Origin: an archaeon
Lineage (GTDB): Archaea > Iainarchaeota > Iainarchaeia > Iainarchaeales > Iainarchaeaceae
Length of the DNA stretch: 11,335 bases
Assembly: GCA_038046625.1 (NCBI GenBank)
Contig: JBBSVV010000035.1
Span: forward strand, 1 to 11,335
Direction: 5' to 3'
Positions 7,296 to 11,335 of this stretch are shown here, piece by piece (positions within the stretch are counted from its first letter, which is position 1; each line of letters starts with the position of its first letter). The position numbers and the translations under genes were made by a program. Under the pieces are notes generated by a model. It worked only from the letters and a program-made list of their open reading frames with translations. It did not search any database and was not told the DNA's origin.

Positions 7296-7343
7296 CGGGC
7301 CCAGTTTCCTTTAATCGGGGAAACCCGGCAAATGGGCATTCTC

Positions 7344-7358
7344 AAATACCTTTAAATA
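7344..7358 (+). promoter_or_regulatory. BRE-TATA promoter of pilin gene
   Basis: AAATACC-TTTAAATA; consensus archaeal TATA box at 7351-7358; SD GGGAGG at 7412-7417. Confidence 0.55.
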
Positions 7359-7423
7359 TTAGAACTTGACATATTAATGCAAACTTGGCTTTAAAGCCCA
7401 AAATACTGAAAGGGAGGAAAAAA

Positions 7424-7885
7424 ATGTTTTTGAAGAACAAGAAGGGACAATCAGCCCTGGAATACCTGATGACTTATGGCTGGGCACTTGTTGTTATAGT
7501 GATAGTCATTGCGGCGCTCATTTTCCTTATACAGCCTTCACAGGTTGGAGGGAACACGTGCTCTACGACATCGGGAATCCTGATAACGAACCACCAGGTT
7601 AGTAGCGCGACAGACAATATAACTTTGGCCTTGTCAAACGGGACAGCAATAACACTCACAGGTGTTGATGTGAATGTTACCGGGACAATTGGCGGAGTTG
7701 CAACAACAGGAGGCGGAGCAGACGAAATAGCAAGCCTTGGTACAGTAGCTCAGCAGGAATTAATTCCCCTGTTGCCTGTATTCAATGCAGGGTCAACCTA
7801 CTCTCTGCAGGTCACATTCGGCTATAACGACAGGGACTCATTCGCAAGGACTGTAACAGCAATCTGTAACGGAACAGCAAGCTGA
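7424..7885 (+). CDS. Archaeal type IV pilin-like protein with class III signal peptide (probable major pilin)
   Basis: Start reassigned to ATG 7424 (SD GGGAGG 6 nt upstream), 153 aa: MFLKNKKG/QSALEYLMTYGWALVVIVIVIAALIFLI (KG|Q, Glu at +5, hydrophobic helix); two Cys (NTCST, AICNG); four N-x-T sequons (NIT, NGT, NVT, NGT). Confidence 0.92.
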   Translation: MFLKNKKGQSALEYLMTYGWALVVIVIVIAALIFLIQPSQVGGNTCSTTSGILITNHQVSSATDNITLALSNGTAITLTGVDVNVTGTIGGVATTGGGADEIASLGTVAQQELIPLLPVFNAGSTYSLQVTFGYNDRDSFARTVTAICNGTAS

Positions 7886-7910
7886 ATAAATAATTAAAAT
7901 TTAGTGAAAA

Positions 7911-7954
7911 GGTCGGGTGCGGAAACGCACCTGACTCCTATTTTTTATTTTTTT
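7911..7954 (+). terminator. Hairpin plus T-tract terminator after the pilin gene
   Basis: GGTCGGGTGCG-GAAA-CGCACCTGACT (11-bp stem with two G-U pairs, GNRA loop) followed by CCTATTTTTTATTTTTTT. Confidence 0.75.
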
Positions 7955-7980
7955 AAAAAACGGAAGGCATGTTTTTTGCT

Positions 7981-8349
7981 TTAGAGCATTACCGCGTTTT
8001 CGCCGCGGAAGTGCCTGTCACCGGTTACAACCGGGAGATTATATTGTTTTGCGGTTGCAAGGATTATTGCGTCAATCATGCCGAAATCTTTAATGGTTTT
8101 TCTTTTTTCTGCTTTAAGGATGCCGCTGAGTTCCAGGGTTTCACGGTTTACTTCAAGAACGGTTGAAGAGCCTTCAATAGTGCGGAAAACGAATTTGCGG
8201 TCGGCTCCACCCTTCTCTATCCATTCACTTAGCTCTGCAATGGAAATTCCGCTGGTGTAGCACTTGTTGCTGTGCAGAAGCTCTTTTACCTTTTGCCCTT
8301 CCGCGCTTCCCTTAAACAGTTCTATCCAGGCCCAAGTGTCAAGAATCAT
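7981..8349 (-). CDS. vapC: PIN-domain ribonuclease toxin (VapC family)
   Basis: 122 aa; acidic PIN residues D4 (ILDT), E39 (IAEL), D93 (MIDAII), D111 (TGDRHF); ATG directly follows the antitoxin TGA. Confidence 0.92.
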   Translation of the reverse strand: MILDTWAWIELFKGSAEGQKVKELLHSNKCYTSGISIAELSEWIEKGGADRKFVFRTIEGSSTVLEVNRETLELSGILKAEKRKTIKDFGMIDAIILATAKQYNLPVVTGDRHFRGENAVML

Positions 8350-8559
8350 TCAGAATTCCCTGTCATCGCGGTCTCTTTTGAAGGAAGGCAAATCCGGATA
8401 AGCGCCGAAAGCCTTTTCGATTAGGCGGAAATTCTTCTTTACCACCGTAATCCTGATGGTCTCGCCCTTCTTTATTTTGTCTTTTTTGGTTATATCCTTC
8501 GGTATCAAAACCCCGAGTGAACTGCCGACCTGCCTTACCTTTGCCTCGAAAGTTTCCAT
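8350..8559 (-). CDS. AbrB/MazE/SpoVT-family antitoxin (VapB-like)
   Basis: 69 aa; KVRQVGSSLGVLIPKDI...IKKGETIRITV swapped-hairpin signature; upstream of PIN gene; SD GGTGG at 8568-8564. Confidence 0.9.
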   Translation of the reverse strand: METFEAKVRQVGSSLGVLIPKDITKKDKIKKGETIRITVVKKNFRLIEKAFGAYPDLPSFKRDRDDREF

Positions 8560-8568
8560 CCAACCACC

Positions 8569-8598
8569 TATTATAACATATTATAATAAAAGGTATTT
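8569..8598 (-). promoter_or_regulatory. TA promoter (BRE-TATA) overlapped by palindromic operator
   Basis: Minus strand AAATACC-TTTTATTA (8598-8584); perfect inverted repeat TATTATAA-CATA-TTATAATA at 8569-8588. Confidence 0.65.
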
Positions 8599-8638
8599 AA
8601 GCCTTTGGAGGGTTCTGTGCCGGTGTGAAAATCGGCTT

Positions 8639-9643
8639 TCAAATGAGGTTTCCGAAGAAGCCCGCGAGCACGGTTCTGGCGGCGAAGAAAACAATGAATG
8701 CGGCAATGGCAAGCGGAATTAAATATTTGAGGCCGTTTGATTCCTTGCCGCTGTTGATTACTCCTATTGTGAGCGAGGAAAAAACGGTTGTGACCATCAG
8801 CGCGACCATTGAGAACATTACCACGAAATCCGCGGAAATCGGCTCGTTCTCCCTTGAAACAAAGCTTGTTACAATCCGCAGGTTTCCCGAAGCGGGCAGG
8901 CTTCCCGGCGCAATGGTTGGGATTGTTGAGAGCTGTGCGGAGAGGACCTGCACAATGAAGGAGCTGATGCCGAACAAAAGTGGGGCGCCGAAAATCGCGG
9001 CAAAGAGTATGAGAAGGATGTAAATGGATACGTTTGAGCTTATTTCCTGCTGTATGTTCTGCTGGTCCTTCAGGTCATCTGAAAGCTGGAACAGCAAATC
9101 CGATATCTGTCCGCCGCTCTTGATTCCCTCGGAAATCAGCCAAACCGTTTTTTCGAGCGTGTCGGAATTGATGCGTTCGCTGATTTTTCTCAGCGCTACT
9201 TCGACGCGTTCGCCGGCGGAAATCCTTTTGGAGGCCATTTTGAGTTCGTCCTGCAGGGGCCCGAATTCAGGCCTTCCGGCAACAAAAAGTGCGCGTTCGG
9301 TTGTGAGGCCGCTTTTCATGTTGGAAGCTATTATCTGCAGCGCATCAGGAAGGATGCTTTCAACGAACTTCCCCTTTGCCTCGGACTTGACCTTCATCCA
9401 GAGGTACACCACCGAAACAAAACCCAGGAAAGCAATTGGGAAGCCTATTGCGATGTGAAGGCCGAAAAAAATCTGCGCATTAAGCGCTATTCCTACTGCG
9501 AGAAGCGCGCCGTAAATGAAAACAAAGCCCGTGAACTTCCTCTCATCTATTGTTCCCATTCCAAGGTAGAGGAGCTGTCGCCCGAAAGCCTTTATTATCG
9601 GCTGGGGTATTACAGCTGAGAAGCGCGCGTAAACCAAATTCAA
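8639..9643 (-). CDS. Type II secretion system F family / TadC-ArlJ(FlaJ)-like pilus platform membrane protein
   Basis: 334 aa; LPDALQIIASNMKSGLTTERAL, EFGPLQDEL, GIKSGGQISDLL T2SSF signature; several TM helices. Start TTG 9643 or TTG 9637 uncertain. Confidence 0.9.
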   Translation of the reverse strand: MNLVYARFSAVIPQPIIKAFGRQLLYLGMGTIDERKFTGFVFIYGALLAVGIALNAQIFFGLHIAIGFPIAFLGFVSVVYLWMKVKSEAKGKFVESILPDALQIIASNMKSGLTTERALFVAGRPEFGPLQDELKMASKRISAGERVEVALRKISERINSDTLEKTVWLISEGIKSGGQISDLLFQLSDDLKDQQNIQQEISSNVSIYILLILFAAIFGAPLLFGISSFIVQVLSAQLSTIPTIAPGSLPASGNLRIVTSFVSRENEPISADFVVMFSMVALMVTTVFSSLTIGVINSGKESNGLKYLIPLAIAAFIVFFAARTVLAGFFGNLI

Positions 9644-10530
9644 TCACCCAAAAGCGTTGGCCTGCTTGATTTTATTATGCCGAGGAACATGAACTGGCCT
9701 ACACCGATGAACACTAACAGTGCCCAGAAAACCGTTTCATCTATGCTTATCTGGGGAAAGCTGGAAAGTATAATGAGGAATGTCAGGCCCAGTGCGGGGA
9801 TGATTGCACCCAGCATCATGTAAAGCAGGGAAAGCAGGCGCAGGGAGTTTCCATAGCGGCGAACTTGGTTTGCCTTTTCCTTTGAAAGGTTTTCAACCAG
9901 CGCGCGCATTATTTCGCTTATGTCCGCGCCGGCCTTGAGGCCGTTCACGAGCTGCCAGATTGTCCGCCTGAAGTAAAGCGAGGGGTTGTTTTCCGCGAGC
10001 TCTTCAAGCGCATTCTCCTGGAACGTGCCGGTTTCTATTTTTTCCACGGCCTGCTTGAATGCTGCGCTCACTTGGCCGTTATTCCCTTCTGCGATGATTT
10101 TGATTGCATCAAAAAGCGAAACCCCTGAGCGGATTTCAATCAGCAAAGTCCTTAACGCAAACACCAGGTTCCTTTCGAGGCTCCTGATTTTTTTCTTCAC
10201 CTGTATCTTCGGGTAGAAGAAAAGCTGTGCGAACACCATTGCCAAAAACACGAATCCCAAAAGCAATGAGAGCGGAACCGCGTTTTCCGGAGCGAGGCGC
10301 TGCGCGAAAATGTAGCTGACAATGAAGCCGAATGCAAAGTAGAATATGGCCAGAATGAACATTATTGCGCCGTATATGCTCGGCCGTATGTCTATTTCGG
10401 CCTGCTTCAGCTCGGATTCGAGGGCCGGGATTGATTTCGCTATTGTGCTGCCTATTCCCTGGAAATGCGAGGCAATATTGAAAAGCAGTTTTTTTGGAAC
10501 CGGGCTGAATGGGACGTTGTCTGTCTTCAT
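9640..10530 (-). CDS. Type II secretion system F family / TadB-TadC-like pilus platform membrane protein
   Basis: 296 aa; LVFALRTLLIEIRSGVSLFDAI, GQVSAAF, ALEELAENNPS, LVNGLKAGADI; four predicted TM helices; operonic with the ATPase. Confidence 0.9.
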   Translation of the reverse strand: MKTDNVPFSPVPKKLLFNIASHFQGIGSTIAKSIPALESELKQAEIDIRPSIYGAIMFILAIFYFAFGFIVSYIFAQRLAPENAVPLSLLLGFVFLAMVFAQLFFYPKIQVKKKIRSLERNLVFALRTLLIEIRSGVSLFDAIKIIAEGNNGQVSAAFKQAVEKIETGTFQENALEELAENNPSLYFRRTIWQLVNGLKAGADISEIMRALVENLSKEKANQVRRYGNSLRLLSLLYMMLGAIIPALGLTFLIILSSFPQISIDETVFWALLVFIGVGQFMFLGIIKSSRPTLLGD

Positions 10531-10531
10531 T

Positions 10532-11335
10532 TCACATCAGTTTTTTGTTCTTCTGCGCAAGGGCAATTATCTCTTTCGGGTCGATGTAATAACGCGCCAT
10601 TACCTGGCCCACATCATTCACGTTGTGGATGTCATTTTTCACGAGCCAGTCAAGTATGAGGCGCTTCTGCTCAAGGTCCTTCTTTATCTCGTCATAAGTG
10701 AGGCCCGTGTGCATCGAGAGCTCATCGTAAAGCCTTATGCTGTCCGCATCCTTTGCAATTGTGTCATCGCCGGGGCGCCACCTGTAAAGCGTGTTGGCCT
10801 TGATTGTTTCCTCTCCGCCGCGCTTCTCGGGGATGAATTCCGCAACCTGCAGTATCCTCCTCACCCCTATGCGCCTGTTCCTGAACATAACCACATTCAA
10901 ATGCACCGAATCAAGGACTGTCGGGGGAATGTTTATCGGCGGGTTTGTCATTCTCCTTATTGTTTCCTCGGCCGTGTTCGCGTGGAAGGTCGTGTAAACT
11001 GAATGCCCTGTGTGCATTGCCTCGAACATTACCTCGGCCTCGCGCTGCCTCCTTGTTTCGCCTACAATGATTCGGTCGGGCCTTTGCCTCAGGCTGTTCA
11101 CGAGCAGGTCAAGCATTGAGACGCCTCCTTTTCCCTCGGGGTTTGGTTCTCTTGTGGTCATTGGAATCCAGTGCAGGAAATCCGGCAAGGTAAGTTCGCG
11201 CGTATTATGGCATGCCACATTGTTGCAGATAAAACTCTCGTTTCCCGGAACGCTGAAATCGTATACGAATCCTTCAAACTTTCTTCGTTCAATGGATTCA
11301 ATCCGATCCCAGAAAATGTCGCTGAAAGCAAGTTC
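10532..11335 (-). CDS. Type II/IV secretion-pilus assembly ATPase (CpaF/TadA/ArlI/KlbA family), 5'-truncated, intein-containing
   Basis: Frame is open to the window edge (the track's 11218 start is internal). C-extein: TREL, LLVNSLRQRPDRIIVGETR (Walker B), AMHTGHSVYTTFHAN (His box), RRILQVAE. Confidence 0.93.
   Translation of the reverse strand, partial: ELAFSDIFWDRIESIERRKFEGFVYDFSVPGNESFICNNVACHNTRELTLPDFLHWIPMTTREPNPEGKGGVSMLDLLVNSLRQRPDRIIVGETRRQREAEVMFEAMHTGHSVYTTFHANTAEETIRRMTNPPINIPPTVLDSVHLNVVMFRNRRIGVRRILQVAEFIPEKRGGEETIKANTLYRWRPGDDTIAKDADSIRLYDELSMHTGLTYDEIKKDLEQKRLILDWLVKNDIHNVNDVGQVMARYYIDPKEIIALAQKNKKLM
11204..11335 (-). mobile_element. Intein, C-terminal splicing region (44 aa visible)
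   Basis: ELAFSDIFWDRIESIERRKFEGFVYDFSVPGNESFICNNVACHN|T: typical 'SDIxWDxI' segment, block F (VYDFSVPGNESF) and block G (penultimate His, terminal Asn, +1 Thr). Confidence 0.93.

Noticed and set aside
7385..7423. Upstream TTG start for the pilin (166 aa)
   Set aside because: ATG 7424 has a strong SD and gives a typical short class III signal peptide; TTG 7385 lies close to the expected transcription start and remains only a minor possibility.
8625..11002. Plus-strand ORFs 8625..9023, 9024..9458, 9986..10216, 10346..11002
   Set aside because: Antisense shadows of the T2SSF and ATPase genes.
11216..11218. GTG start giving a 228-aa stand-alone protein
   Set aside because: It is an internal codon in intein block G; the frame continues to the window edge and the Walker A motif must lie upstream.
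8639..11335. Archaellum (arlI/arlJ) assignment
   Set aside because: Two separate ~300-aa T2SSF proteins rather than one long ArlJ, and the linked subunit has a pilin-type QSALEY N-terminus; a type IV pilus fits better.

Overview
Archaeal genomic window, most likely from a DPANN-type lineage (inference from the KKGQSALEYLMTYGWA pilin, TATA-box promoters, GGTGA/GAGGT ribosome-binding sites and an intein). Left to right: (i) two tandem, paralogous, secreted Cys-rich surface proteins on the minus strand, a complete 966-aa gene and a second copy (1684 to <1) absent from the ORF track because it has no stop in the window, linked by a 73-bp spacer with an SD-sequestering hairpin and a 21-codon ORF; (ii) a phosphomannomutase/phosphoglucomutase; (iii) bacterial-type coaE and coaD; (iv) a class III signal peptide pilin with a GAAA-tetraloop hairpin plus T-tract terminator; (v) an AbrB/MazE-antitoxin + PIN/VapC-toxin pair with a palindromic operator; (vi) the 3' part of a type IV pilus assembly operon (ATPase plus two T2SSF/TadB-TadC-like platform proteins), whose ATPase contains an intein ending in His-Asn/Thr at the Asp-box. 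No rRNA, tRNA, CRISPR array or IS element was recognised. All calls come from manual motif reading, not database searches.
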